From Octopus vulgaris (Eukaryota): a stretch of DNA of 64,000 nucleotides. How positions within the stretch are numbered: the first letter of the stretch is position 1; every line of letters starts with the position of its first letter. Under the pieces are notes generated by a model. It saw only the letters and a program-made list of their open reading frames with translations. It was not told the origin of the DNA and searched no databases. This document shows positions 1 to 12,199 of this stretch, one piece after another. The position numbers were made by a program, and so were the translations under genes. The stretch covers positions 97,650,001 to 97,714,000 of the forward strand of contig OX597823.1 in the NCBI GenBank assembly GCA_951406725.2, in the 5' to 3' direction.

Positions 1-91
1 ATAAGAAGTGATGAAATTAATGCAGGCAAGATTTCACAGCTCTAGCATCATTTCATTAGCCAGCCTATGAACTTTCCAGCCCACCCTCATA
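1..91 (-). mobile_element. End of a mariner-type DNA transposon (terminal remnant)
   Basis: 1-40 resembles 23422-23460, upstream of the mariner transposase remnant. It ends in GAACTTTCCAGCCCACCCTCATA (reverse complement TATGAGGGTGGGCTGGAAAGTTC), which is mariner-TIR-like with TA. Confidence 0.5.
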
Positions 92-281
92 GCATGATAG
101 AAAATGACTGTCACTGTCATGCAAGCAAGATTAAATGTCTGAGCATGGCAAATATTATGCTGCTAAGAAACAGGTGAGGGTTAGCAACAAGAAGGGCATC
201 CAGCTATACAAAATCTGCTTCAGTAAAATTTATTCAACCCATTCAAGCATGGACATTAAAATGATGGTGTGTGTATGTCTC

Positions 282-323
<42 letters not shown>

Positions 324-328
<5 letters not shown>

Positions 329-553
329 GGTGTGATGGATAAATTGTTATCATTTTATATTTTTTATTTCGAGTATGCACATTGTTTTTGATTTTGTCAA
401 CTACACAATAGTGATTTTCTTTAGTAAATTTACTCTTTAGTATTTCAAGATTTTTTTTTTTGCAACTTTGGTAAATATATCTGCTAAAATGAGATGTCAG
501 TGTTGTTCTCATTTTTGCATAATTTAGACAACAGTTTATTCACCACACCCTAT
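324..553. mobile_element. Internally deleted Tc1/mariner MITE
   Basis: Imperfect TIRs TACAGGGTGTGATGGATAAATTGT ... ACAGTTTATTCACCACACCCTATA in TA context. Both halves match the ends of the transposase-bearing copy at 1270-2010 in opposite orientation. Confidence 0.7.
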
Positions 554-560
554 ATATATA

Positions 561-1153
561 TGACTAGAGACTGAGACCTATGGAAGTATGCTGTGCGTGA
601 GAAGATCCAGCAAGACCAGTGAGAACAGTCAAAATCAAACCAAATCAACATCAGTGGAAATTGCAGCTGTGGTTAAGCGAACCAACCAATCGTTTGTCCG
701 TTGCCAGCCTCGCCTGGCCCCCGTGCCGTTGGCACATAAAAGCACCATCCACTCGTGTCCGTTGCCAGCCTCGCCTGGGCCCCGTGCCGTTGGCACGTAA
801 AAGCACCATCCGTTCGTGTCCGTTGCCAGCCTCGCCTGGCCCCGTGCCGGTAGCACGTAAAAGCACCATCCGTTCGTGTCCGTTGCCAGCCTCACCTGGG
901 CCCCGTGCCGGTGGCACGTAAAAACACCATCCGTTCGTGGCCGTTTCCCAGCTCTGTCTGGCACCTGTGCAGGTGGCACGTAAAAAGCACCCACTACACT
1001 CACGGAGTGGTTGGCGTTAGGAAGGGCATCCAGCCGTAGAAACACTGCCAAATCTGACTGGGCCTGATGAAGCCTTCCGGCTTCACAGACCCCAGTTAAA
1101 CAGTCCAACCCATGCTAGCATGGAAAACGGATGCTAAATGATGATGATGATGA

Positions 1154-1157
<4 letters not shown>
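561..1157 (+). mobile_element. 5'-truncated RTE-type LINE 3' end with ~60-bp VNTR and (GAT)n tail
   Basis: About 4.5 copies of a 60-bp unit at ~690-960. The 3' part (GAGTGGTTGGCGTTAGGAAGGGCATCCAGC...AACCCATGCTAGCATGG...GATGATGAT) matches the tail of the RTE copy at 14800-14980. Confidence 0.7.
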
Positions 1158-1203
<46 letters not shown>

Positions 1204-1225
1204 CAAGATATTTTAATGTAATTTT

Positions 1226-1269
<44 letters not shown>

Positions 1270-1273
<4 letters not shown>

Positions 1274-2010
1274 AAAATTACATTAAAATATCTTGAAATT
1301 CTAAAGAGTAAATTTATTCAATAAAATCGCCATTGGCTTCAAACATGGCCTACGGATGACTTCGAATCTCCTGCAACTCTTTTGGACAGTCTCTTTGTTT
1401 AGGTTGGTGAATGCTGCTATAATCCATGCCTTTAGTTCATCTTTGGTGTTACAAGTTTTGTTGGTCTTTCACTCAACTGTGACCCACACAAAATAAGGGG
1501 GTTGCAGTTTGGGGAATTAGGTGGCCAGATGTTAGGGGTGATGTGGTCACAGAAATACTGTCTGACAACTGCATTCTCCTGCTTGTGTGGCATGGTGCAG
1601 AGTCCTGTTGCCAGACATAGGGTCTTCCAGCAACCATCCTCTTGACCAAGGGCAGCACTACCTCCTCCAGGCACTTGAAGTAGGCCTCCACGTTGAGTCT
1701 GAGGCATAACATCACAATCACTAGTGATCACTCGACTGTTTGACTTTTATCACTCTCAGTACATGTCCTCAGATTGACACCCAAACATTCTGAAATGTTA
1801 ATATCGGATCTTCCGGCACAAATGCCAAGCAGTACAGCATGTTGTTTCCAAATTTCTGGCAGAGTGAATTGTATCATGTTGCTGTTTTTCTCACAGATGG
1901 TGCTCAGCTGACCCTACTATACTGTGTAATCAACAAAATCAAAAACATACAATGTGCACGTGCACAATTAAAAATATAAAATGGCGACAATATACCCATT
2001 GCACCCTGTA
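1270..2010 (-). mobile_element. Degenerate Tc1/mariner-superfamily transposon (frameshifted DDD transposase fragment)
   Basis: Minus-strand ORFs give WQQDSAPCHT and WPPNSPNCNPL motifs in different frames. The terminus is CACCCTGTA at ~2002-2010. Confidence 0.75.
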
Positions 2011-2460
2011 TATTAACCATCATCATTTTAACATCCACTTATAAATATACACATATACACTTGCAGATATACACATATAAATACCTCCACACACACATAC
2101 ATATATATATATATGTGTATGTATATATATACACACACATTTATATATAGATGTATATAAATACATATATGAACATAAGAAGTTTCTGTCAACTGACGTT
2201 ATGTAATAGGTATGTAATATGAGTGCTCAGTTTAGTTTACCACTAAAACTCCGGCTTGAACTGCAACTAAAAAACGTGGTATTGAGATTGACTATTGAAG
2301 GCGGCTAGAAGTGGTTACTCCCTGAGCAAGAAGATATAGATTAAAATACAAAATGTAAAAGCAAAACATTTGGCATCACTCGAAAGAGACGCTCTGTTTA
2401 TACTCTCTATGTAGACTAATTGTTTTCTTGAATGATGCCAAATGTTTCACTTTTTCATTC

Positions 2461-2792
2461 TTACCCTTCACGCAGAAGCGAAAGTAGGGTATTGTAATCA
2501 CTCGTCTTTGTCTGTGTGTTTGCAAGATTACTGGAAAACGGTTGAACGGATTTTCACCAAATTTAGCAGAAATACTCATTGGGTGAGTGGCTCAAGATGA
2601 TGAAAATTTGGTTTGATTATCTTCAAACATATATAAATACATAGATGTGTGTGTGAACAGTGATGGATTCGAGGGTTTCATTTATTTACATGTTGATTTC
2701 TTAATTTCACTAGAATATAAATATCTATAATAGTGATACTTAAAAAAAAATTTATCTGTGCGAAGGGTATGCCTCGCCCCTCCGATGCCTTT
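2461..2792 (+). mobile_element. Non-autonomous Helentron/DINE-1-like element
   Basis: Starts TTACCCTTCACGCA with a sub-terminal inverted match TGCGAAGGGTA near 2760. It has a TCTGT microsatellite remnant and a 3' GGCATC-type stem-loop followed by a T-run. Confidence 0.5.
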
Positions 2793-3041
2793 TTTTTTTA
2801 TATCCACACACACACACACATACATACATTAAACAGTGACTGACATATCTGTGCTCAAATCTGCCAGAACTTATTAAGAATAGATATCCAAGTAATCATT
2901 TCAGATCTCAATATCCACAGTGCAAGTAACGATTTATTATCGGTTGACAGATACCAACACGAATCAGCAAACAATTTATTCGTTGAAATTATAAACAAAG
3001 GCATCGGCTCAGCTCTTGTTTAGTTTCAAAGGCCCAGGTGC

Positions 3042-3087
3042 TTCTGGCTGATGAGACACAACATGTCGAAACACAGACATCCCAGAA
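3042..3087 (+). ncRNA. Type I hammerhead ribozyme motif (stem III imperfect)
   Basis: TTCTGG-CTGATGA-GACA caaca TGTC-GAAA-cacagacATC-CCAGAA. Stem I (6 bp), stem II (4 bp) and the core are intact; stem III has a C/A mismatch. Confidence 0.65.
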
Positions 3088-4227
3088 TCCATTGCATTAA
3101 TGAATCAAGTGTGATAAGAATACATGGTTGTAAAAAGAAGCCGTTCTCTTGTTACGTACACTTCAGCGATGAGCATATTCGCATTCGAATCTGCCGAAAC
3201 TTATCAAGAATAGATATGCAAGCCATTCAGACACACATACATATATATATTTTTACAAATACATACGTGTGTGTGTGTGTGTACATACATTTATATATAC
3301 ACATGTATATATATATATATATAACCATACATATATGCACGTACTCACACGCGTGTTTTTATAATAATAATAATAATAATAATAATAATTGTGTACAGTG
3401 CTCAGGTGCACTATGAATATATATGTGTGTGTGTGTGTGTTGTGTTGAATTATGGATTTTAAATAATGATATAATTCAATACATAGAAAGTAAAAAGTTT
3501 ACTACTTTTAACAAAGAAATATCTTAAATACTTATTTTTAAAAAATCTGTTTAAAATGCTTCTAACGTCAAAATGATGAAATCGTTCCTCGAAAGACCAT
3601 CATCAAAGCAGTTCTTTCGGGTTCTGCTGGTTTTACCCTAAAAGAACATTTTAATAAATCTCAAACCATTTAACACACAGTGAGCAAGAAAAACAAGTTG
3701 CGCTTTTCTTTTTCAGGTTAGTATTTGTTCTGCCAAAGAACGAGAACATATTATGAAAGTCATTCTGTTTTGTTACACCTTATCGTTTACTGCTGTGGAT
3801 TATAAGGTCATCTCCAAAACTAACTTCGTAAAACAACTTGCCAAATTCACATATATTAGCAGTTACCAAGAGAACGTATCGTCTGTGTGTGTGTGCTTAT
3901 TGAAGGAGAGGGGTGACTTTTACATTTCAACCCATAATAAAACAAAAAGCTTTAACGTCATTTAAAGGGGAAGGCGGGGGTCTTTGGGGAGTGCGATTAA
4001 TATAAAAGTAGGAATCATTCTGTTTAATAATGTACGAGGCGTTAAATTGTTCCAAGCAATGAAATTTCGAGTCTCAGAATCGTTTTGATTTATATTTAAC
4101 GTTTATTTTGTTGTTGATTTCCCAAGAAGCTTTGGTGGGAGCGAAGTTGTCAATAACGTTACCCTCTCTAAACCTCATTCACCATATATTACTAATATAG
4201 CTGTGCGAATACCATTTGTGTACGTAG

Positions 4228-4282
<55 letters not shown>

Positions 4283-4349
4283 ATGTATATATATATGCGT
4301 GTTTGGGTGCATTTATGTATGTATTTATTATATACTTGTATTTATTTAC

Positions 4350-4420
4350 CTGGACTTTCCAACTCCACTTTCTCCAATGATGAGGATCTTAAGAGTCGTA
4401 AGAATATCTTGATCATCCAT
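4350..4420 (-). CDS. RAB18: Ras-related protein Rab-18, first coding exon
   Basis: ATG at 4420 encodes MDDQDILTTLKILIIGESGVGKS(S), the Rab18 N-terminus with P-loop. It is followed by AG|GTAAAT, a phase-2 donor at the position I recall for vertebrate RAB18 intron 1. No exon 2 was recognised in 1-4349. Confidence 0.93.
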
Positions 4421-4739
4421 GAGAAGCAAATGAAAAATAATCCGAAACGGTTGTACGATAACAACGACACCAACAACAACAACAACAACAAATCGACCCG
4501 GGCTTTCGACCAACAGCTGATATATGATTATGGACGGATGAACAGGGGGTAAATATGCAGTCACCAAGACAAACGAACTGTATAAAGCAGTTTAGATGAA
4601 GAGCCAAATACGAAGCGACAAAGTTCTGGTGATTGCTTAAATATATATTTTTAAAATAAATTGGTAACAAAGAATAGTCGCTTATTATATATATATTGTA
4701 TAAGTATATATATATTAATGTTAAATATGTGTATGCGTA

Positions 4740-4873
4740 ACTACAGCGAATGACGGAAAAATAAATGTGTTCGCCCACGACAAAAACAAAGATGGCGCTA
4801 AACTTTGTGCAAACGTCACTATATTTTTATACCCTATCTGATGATGTAGCCACGTTTTGCAAAGCGATTGCGT

Positions 4874-4875
<2 letters not shown>
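4740..4875. promoter_or_regulatory. Probable Rab18 promoter region with YY1-like and CRE-like motifs
   Basis: CpG-containing island in AT-rich DNA upstream of the ATG. It contains AAGATGGCGC at 4789-4798 and ACGTCA at ~4813, and is flanked by a (CT)n tract. Confidence 0.4.
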
Positions 4876-4920
<45 letters not shown>

Positions 4921-5191
4921 CTTTCGCACTCACGCTCTTTCTCCCTCTTTCACTCACTCTTCCTCTCTCTGCTACTCTCTCTCTCTCACTCTCTCTGCAT
5001 CTCTTTCACCATCTATCTCTCTTTCTGCATCGCTCTCTTTATGTGTGTATATGTATGTCTGTATGTAACTGGGTTAGTTTTCTGCCTAGTCTTTCAATTT
5101 CTCCCATCTATCGTGACTAACCACGAATGTTATGTAGTAGATTGAACAGAAGCAAACAAGCTTTTCCACACCTTTTGAACGATCTGAAGTG

Positions 5192-5307
<116 letters not shown>

Positions 5308-5402
5308 TAAAACGGTAAGATAACAAAAGAAAGAAAGAGACCTCAATATTATGTAAATAGAGGAAATTTATCTATACAATATGTTACATTACTCGGTAGT
5401 CA

Positions 5403-5465
5403 AGATAAAACTCTGAGTTTCAGATGCCGAAGTGGAAATCCACAACACCATCTCTTCGGTTATCT
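5403..5465 (-). ncRNA. Hammerhead ribozyme-like motif in inverted Penelope pLTR
   Basis: Reverse complement of the motif at 7516-7578. Confidence 0.6.
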
Positions 5466-6233
5466 GGCTATTTGAAAACGTTATGAAAAAATACCGTTAA
5501 AAATGAAGGGAAATTACTCTGTTATAACTCTGCTTTGCCTGCGTACTTATACATCGCTCGCATTTTTCGTCATAAAAATTATATAAAAATACATAAAAAT
5601 ATATAAAATCTTCTTGGGACATAACACAGAAAGCATGTTCTATCCGTTTTCTTTAGGGGACCAAAAACGTAACAGAAATTTAGTCACATGTGGGCATGAT
5701 CCGAAAAGCTCTGTCCTTGTATTTAGACATGTGGTAGGGTCTAAGCTGCTTTTCCAGATAAGCCATCTCTCCATGTCGCATAAACCGCACCTTCCGCTGC
5801 CGTTAGTATAGGGCTTACATCTGGCCAAAATCTTCCATTGTATGTTATAATCGACACCTTTATCTCTTAAAGACCAAATATGATTGGATAATTGTGTCGC
5901 TTTTCTTTTGTTCCAGTGCCTAAAGCTCAAAGTGTGGTTATTGAACCTGGCCTTGAAATTACCCTCTGTCAGGCCCACGTATTTCTTCGTCGAAACGGTG
6001 TCTTTAGTGGTTATAGAGTTTACGGTAGCTTCATATATGATGGTCTTGGACATGCAAGCTCCATTTAGCCGGCACAATTCTTTATTCCTGCATGAACAGC
6101 TGTTTTCTTCTTGTGTTTTTTGTATGTTATGATTGATTATGTTTTTAAAATTGGTAGTTGAACTAAAACTAATTTTTAAATTGTGTCTATTGAAGAGTTT
6201 CCTATAAGCATGGTTAACTGGAAAATGTCTATC

Positions 6234-7331
6234 GCCATCTACAAAGATGATGCCCTTGCCTTAACAGCTAATACAAATGGACCAGCACAAGATCGTTTTA
6301 GGAAGGATATTATCCAGTTAATGAAACACTTCGGACTTAGTATAACTATAGACACTAACCTGACGGTTGTCAATTTCTTAGACGTTTCCTTAGATCTTAA
6401 TAATAATATTTATAAGCCTTATAGGAAGCCCAATGATAGACTAAGTTATATTAATGTAGGTTCATGCCATCCCCCTATAGTATTCAAAAATTTAGTTAAA
6501 AATATTAGTAAGAGGATTTCTAGCCTCTCATCTAATGAGGACATCTTCAATAGCATTGCCCCAGTTTATAATAAAGCTTTAAAAGATAGTGGTTTTAGCG
6601 AAAAAATAAAATATACACCTATCACCAGCCCAACAATAAGGAAAAGGAATAATAGAAATAGGAAGGTCATCTGGTTTACGTCCCCTTACTCACCCGAGGT
6701 GGCCTTCAATATAGGTAAATATTTCCTAGCACTGATAGATAGACATTTTCCAGTTAACCATGCTTATAGGAAACTCTTCAATAGACACAATTTAAAAATT
6801 AGTTTTAGTTCAACTACCAATTTTAAAAACATAATCAATCATAACATACAAAAAGCACAAGAAGAAAACAGCTGTTCATGCAGGAATAAAGAATTGTGCC
6901 CGCTAAATGGAGCTTGCATGTCCAAGACCATCATATATGAAGCTACCGTAAACTCTATAACCACTAAAGACACCGTTTCGACGAAGAAATACGTGGGCCT
7001 GACAGAGGGTAATTTCAAGGCCAGGTTCAATAACCACACTTTGAGCTTTAGGCACTGGAACAAAAGAAAAGCGACACAATTATCCAATCATATTTGGTCT
7101 TTAAGAGATAAAGGTGTCGATTATAACATACAATGGAAGATTTTGGCCAGATGTAAGCCCTATACTAACGGCAGCGGAAGGTGCGGTTTATGCGACATGG
7201 AGAGATGGCTTATCTGGAAAAGCAGCTTAGACCCTACCACATGTCTAAATACAAGGACAGAGCTTTTCGGATCATGCCCACATGTGACTAAATTTCTGTT
7301 ACGTTTTTGGTCCCCTAAAGAAAACGGATAG
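6234..7331 (+). CDS. Penelope-like RT C-terminal half (YKDD motif, thumb) plus GIY-YIG endonuclease; 5'-truncated, uninterrupted
   Basis: Contains AIYKDDAL, NFLDVSLDL, YRKPND, HPP, WFTSPYS, CSCR..CPL.G.C, IIYEATV...KYVGLTE.NFKARF.NH and C.LC..E. All are typical of PLE RT-GIY-YIG proteins. Confidence 0.9.
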   Translation, partial: AIYKDDALALTANTNGPAQDRFRKDIIQLMKHFGLSITIDTNLTVVNFLDVSLDLNNNIYKPYRKPNDRLSYINVGSCHPPIVFKNLVKNISKRISSLSSNEDIFNSIAPVYNKALKDSGFSEKIKYTPITSPTIRKRNNRNRKVIWFTSPYSPEVAFNIGKYFLALIDRHFPVNHAYRKLFNRHNLKISFSSTTNFKNIINHNIQKAQEENSCSCRNKELCPLNGACMSKTIIYEATVNSITTKDTVSTKKYVGLTEGNFKARFNNHTLSFRHWNKRKATQLSNHIWSLRDKGVDYNIQWKILARCKPYTNGSGRCGLCDMERWLIWKSSLDPTTCLNTRTELFGSCPHVTKFLLRFWSPKENG

Positions 7332-7515
7332 AACATGCTTTCTGTGTTATGTCCCAAGAAGATTTTATATATTTTTATATATTTTTATGTATTTTTATAT
7401 AATTTTTATGACGAAAAATGCGAGCGATGTATAAGTACGCAGGCAAAGCAGAGTTATAACAGAGTAATTTCCCTTCATTTTTAACGGTATTTTTTCATAA
7501 CGTTTTCAAATAGCC

Positions 7516-7578
7516 AGATAACCGAAGAGATGGTGTTGTGGATTTCCACTTCGGCATCTGAAACTCAGAGTTTTATCT
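7516..7578 (+). ncRNA. Hammerhead ribozyme-like motif (variant core CCGAAGA) in Penelope pLTR
   Basis: AGATAA-CCGAAGA-GATG...CATC-T-GAAA-CTCAGAG-TT-TTATCT. Stem I is AGATAA/TTATCT and stem III is palindromic (AAACTC-A-GAGTTT). Confidence 0.6.
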
Positions 7579-7607
7579 TGACTACCGAGTAATGTAACAT
7601 ATTGTAT

Positions 7608-8085
<478 letters not shown>

Positions 8086-8870
8086 TGGGGAGAGTCAATA
8101 CAAAAACGAAATATATATATTTATGTGTGTGTGTGTGTGTGTATTTATAATCGGCTGTTGAGCCGATTGAAATGTGTATGACGGAGAGGGGAGCGAGAGT
8201 CAATGGAAACTAAATTTCTTTTAACTATCTTCTTTACAGTATCTAGCCTTGTACCTCATGTTTCACAAGTCAAATCCCATAAACGTTAACTTTTGCTTTA
8301 GATAAAATAAATATTTGCCATATACTGAGCCTGACTCATTCAATTATTCCCTACCCCAGACAAAATTAGCCTCTGCTTACCTGGAGAATCACGAAAAGTT
8401 TTGATGATATCTCCCTACTTCTCTATCTTTCTTTACTTTTATCTTTCCTGTTCATTTTATATCTGTGCATATTTTCTCTTCTTACTTTTCTTGATGGCAC
8501 CTGAGGTATAAATTTACTCTAAACATTTTTCTGTATCAACCTAATTACGCATATCTTTTTTTTTGTAACGACCCAATTACATGTATCATTTCTCCATAGA
8601 GAATAAGAAAGCATTGGTGAAACAGGACTGAAAGGTGAAGAAACAGGAAACGGATAAAAGTACAATGAGCTTCTTAAAGTTTCCATCTACCAAAATTGAC
8701 CCACAAGGTTTTGAAGAATTGGAAGATGAAGAATAAAAGTACAAGACAACGAAGAATTAGAAGAAAAGAATTCGGAAGAAAACAAGGGAGGCCAAGAATA
8801 GTTAGGTGGAAGTAAAGGAGAGGAACAAAATTGGAAGAAGGAAAATGAATTGGAAAAAGAAACAATAAAT

Positions 8871-9233
8871 GGATCTTTTCGTTTTGACCAGCAGATTTTT
8901 TAAATAATTTCTTTGTAACTAAACACTTTTAAACTTCATATACTGGTAGAATGTGTTACATAAAACATCTTTTATGATTGATATGACACCACCAGAAAAT
9001 GTTGTTGACAAAGAACCAGAGAAATTGTATTCACCTCAATAGACGTCATTGATTAGTTGAAATTGACGAAATGCAAGAAATTAAACAACAAATAGCTTAC
9101 AAACTACAGAATTTTCTCAAGAAAGCCAAGAGAAAAAATGTTTTATGTAACACATTCTACCAGTATACGAAGTTTAAAAGTGTTTAGTTACGAAGAAATT
9201 ATTTTAAAAATCTGCCGGTCAAAGTGAAAAGAT
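8871..9233. mobile_element. MITE with ~100-bp TIRs (GGATCTTTTC termini), same family as 52755-54336
   Basis: 8871-8972 pairs with 9135-9233. The internal sequence is shared with 52990-53119. Confidence 0.8.
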
Positions 9234-9511
9234 GAATTAGAGGAGGAAGAATGAAAATGAAAAGGAGATGGATAATTAGAGGAAAACTGGTAGAAGATAA
9301 GAAAGAATTAAAACAGAAAAGATGTAGAGAAATATCAAACTTTGGGGTGAAGTATCAGATTTTATCAAGGAGATGAGAAGTGGCGGAATATTGTAACGTT
9401 CACACTGTTCCAAATTGTTACACTGAACCAATCAAAGTTTTTATGTGAAATATCTTGTTCTTTGGAAATGTCATAAGCAGGTTATCAAAGCAATTTTGGA
9501 TATAGGTAAAG

Positions 9512-9627
9512 AATTAACCTTTACACAGTTTAAAAGACCTACCATTTAATTTAAGTACCTTCAGTGTAATTGCAAAGTTACTTAAAAGTTAAATGGTAGG
9601 TCTTTAAACTAGGCAAAGATTAATTCT
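9512..9627. repeat. Imperfect palindrome (~47-bp arms), probably a MITE core
   Basis: GAATTAACCTTT..GTTTAAAAGACCTACCATTTAA pairs with TTAAATGGTAGGTCTTTAAAC..AAAGATTAATTC. Confidence 0.6.
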
Positions 9628-10127
9628 GTTTCAAAATATCTCAACTATGTCTTTGGTCCGAAGATAACCTATGAGTTGTGATGGGGAGGATTTTCTACCC
9701 CAACCCCACAAAATAATCCTGGTTGAGTCATAAAAAAAGAGGCAAAATTGGTATTATTGTTGACAGTTGAAACCTTTTGGGTTTTCAAGTCCATTGCTTT
9801 AGTTGCATGTGTTGATTCAGACCCTTGAAAGTTTATGGGACATAAGTAAATCTAATGAGGAAACTTAGAGTTTGGCACTTTCATTGAGTAGGATCGTTCT
9901 TAATGGAATAATATTGTCATGGATACTCTACATGAAAATGGCAAATGTTCAGCCAATTGTGATGATGGAAATAGCAAAATGAAAAAGGAAATGGTAGAAA
10001 AATTGGAATGAAAAGTGGGGGAAAAAAGGACAAGAAAGGAGTTGGAAGAAGGAAAAGGAGAAGAATACAAAAGAATCAGAGAAACCAGGGGATTGGAAGC
10101 TGAAGAAAGTAGGAGATGGTAAAACTA

Positions 10128-10272
10128 TGATGGGTTTCTTTCACTTTACATCTACCAAACCAACTCACAAGGCTTTGGTTAGCCTGGGGGCTATAGTAGA
10201 AGACACTTGCTATGCAGTGGGACGGAACCCAGAACCATGTGGTTGGGAAGCAAACTTCTTAAACATACAGCT
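10128..10272 (-). mobile_element. SINE family A, 5' fragment
   Basis: Reverse complement matches the head of the copies at 17315 and 55433. Confidence 0.7.
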
Positions 10273-10489
10273 ATTATTTTGTTGCACCAAAACACAAAAT
10301 AATTATTATCTTTTAGCTCATTTTCAAGCCCCACCCTCATTATTATTTAATTAAAACTCTGATTTCTAAAATCAACAAGGAATATTATTGCTTTTTATTA
10401 TTACACTGTAATTGAAAAAACATGGCAACTGAAGTGAGATCACAGCCACACACGTCCAGCTTTGTTAAGAATACTCCTGATGCATCGGG

Positions 10490-10885
10490 CAATAAGATAT
10501 GCCTGAGAAGACCTGTTGAGTCAAGTAAAACCAATATCGTAGCTGGAGCCAGTGACCCTGACTGGCTCCCATGCCACTTGTACGTAAAAAGCACCATCCG
10601 AATGTGATCAATGCCAGGTCCGCCTGACTGGCTCTTGTGCTGGTGGCACATAAAAAGCACCAACCGATTGTGACCGATGCCAGTACCCCTTGACTGGCTC
10701 ATGTGCTGGTGGCACATAAAAAGCACCCACTACACTCTTGGAGTTGTTGGTGTTAGGAAGGGCATCCAGCTGTAGAAACTCTGCCAGACCAGATTGGAGC
10801 CTGGTGCAGCCGCTGGCTCTCTAGACCTCAGTCAGACGTCCAACCCATGCCAGTATGGAAAACATATGTTAATCGATGATGATGA
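10490..10885 (+). mobile_element. RTE-type 3' end element with ~55-bp tandem units
   Basis: Three GACTGGCTC..TGCTGGTGGCACATAAAAAGCACC units, the shared AGGAAGGGCATCCAGC tail and a (GAT)n end. Confidence 0.7.
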
Positions 10886-11595
10886 ATTAAAACCCTGCTT
10901 TCTAAAATCAACTAGGAATATTGTTGTTTTTTCTGATTTGGTTTGATTTGCTTTGCTTTAATTTACTTCAGTTTGATTTCAATATCTGTATAAATATTTA
11001 TGCATGTAACATGTTTGCAATGCAAACTAAGTATTCTCTCATTGAGGTATTCATCTTTAGAAGTATGTCCTGATTGAGCATCTTGTTTCTGGTACTGTGT
11101 TATTGTAAGGACTAAGATGCTGCAATTCTTTCATGGTCACTTACTTGATCTCAGAACAAGAAAGCAATGGCAGTAATTGTTTGATGATAATTGTTCTCAG
11201 TGTAGTTGTCAAATGACTAAAGACTTTGCTTCACCATCACAAATTCCCAGATTCAATCCTACTATGTGACATCTTCAGCAAGTATCTTTTACTATTGTCT
11301 TTGATCAACCTAAACTTTAGGAGTTAAATTGGATAGACTGAAGCTGTGTAGAAAATTGTCCAATGGATTGTAAAGGTCCAGCCTTATTAGACTGTTACAC
11401 TAATTCCACTTATGAATTACATTAAGGTAAGGCGTAGGAGTGGCTGTGTGGTAAGTAGCTTGCTTACAAACCACATGGTTCCAGGTTCAGTCCCACTGCA
11501 TGGCACCTTAGGCAAGTGTCTTCTACTATAACCTCAGGCTGACCAAAGCCTTGTGAGTGGATTTGGTAGACAGAAACTGAAAGAAGCCTGTCATA

Positions 11596-11636
<41 letters not shown>

Positions 11637-11684
11637 CAAATGAAATAAAATAAAATAAATGAAAAACAGGACACAAAGGATGTT

Positions 11685-11777
11685 GCGGTACATATGTTTC
11701 GAGCTTTATAAAACAACTTATTCTTACATCAATGCATAATCAACATAACAGATAGTTCAAAAGCCCTCTTCAGCTGC
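11685..11777 (-). ncRNA. Type I hammerhead ribozyme (inverted-arm copy)
   Basis: Minus strand reads GCAG-CTGAAGA-GGGCTTTT...AAAGCTC-GAAA-CATATG-TA-CCGC, with one stem I mismatch. Confidence 0.68.
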
Positions 11778-11987
11778 ATGCAATTGCTACACCAAAGACT
11801 TGTATCACATTATGAAATTGGTATAGACGATTTTTTTTTTGAGTCTAATAATACCATGTACGCCTATGAAGAATTACAAACATACTTTCCCAGTGATACT
11901 TGGTTTACCTACCATTATAAACAATGCCAAATGTTTTTTCTCAAACCTTTCATAATGTGATACAAGTCTTTGGTGTAGCAATTGCAT

Positions 11988-12077
11988 GCGGCTGAAGAGG
12001 CCTTTTGAACTATCTGTTATGTCGATTATGCATTGATGTAAGTATAAGTTCTATAAAGCTCGAAACATATGTACCGC
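11988..12077 (+). ncRNA. Type I hammerhead ribozyme with long stem II
   Basis: GCGG-CTGAAGA-GGCCTTTT[~50 nt]AAAGCTC-GAAA-CATATG-TA-CCGC. Canonical core, GUA cleavage triplet and palindromic ACATATGT. Confidence 0.78.
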
Positions 12078-12199
12078 GACATCCTTTGTGTCCTGTTTTT
12101 CATTTATTTTATTTCATTTGATACATATATCCTCTCACCTATGCCACTAACTGGCATATACAGGTGCTTACATTTATCAAGTATTCACCCTAAATTTAT

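Noticed and set aside
690-960. 60-bp tandem repeats as a CRISPR array
   Set aside because: Head-to-tail units without unique spacers, no cas genes, eukaryotic context; part of a LINE 3' UTR.
1060-1095. CTGATGA-AGCC..GGCT as a hammerhead
   Set aside because: No GAAA after the stem, and homologous copies (10800, 14893) do not keep CTGATGA.
4421-4567. Extended Rab18 N-terminus from the ORF track
   Set aside because: Non-ATG start through a (GTT)n tract in the 5' UTR; homology begins at the ATG at 4420.
6183-6233. N-terminus of the 382-aa ORF as a real start
   Set aside because: These codons come from the inverted arm. The true PLE reading frame only begins at ~6234, so the ORF is a truncated chimera.
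11430-11500. SINE heads as genuine tRNA genes
   Set aside because: They have A/B-box-like motifs but no complete cloverleaf, and are always fused to repeated SINE bodies.
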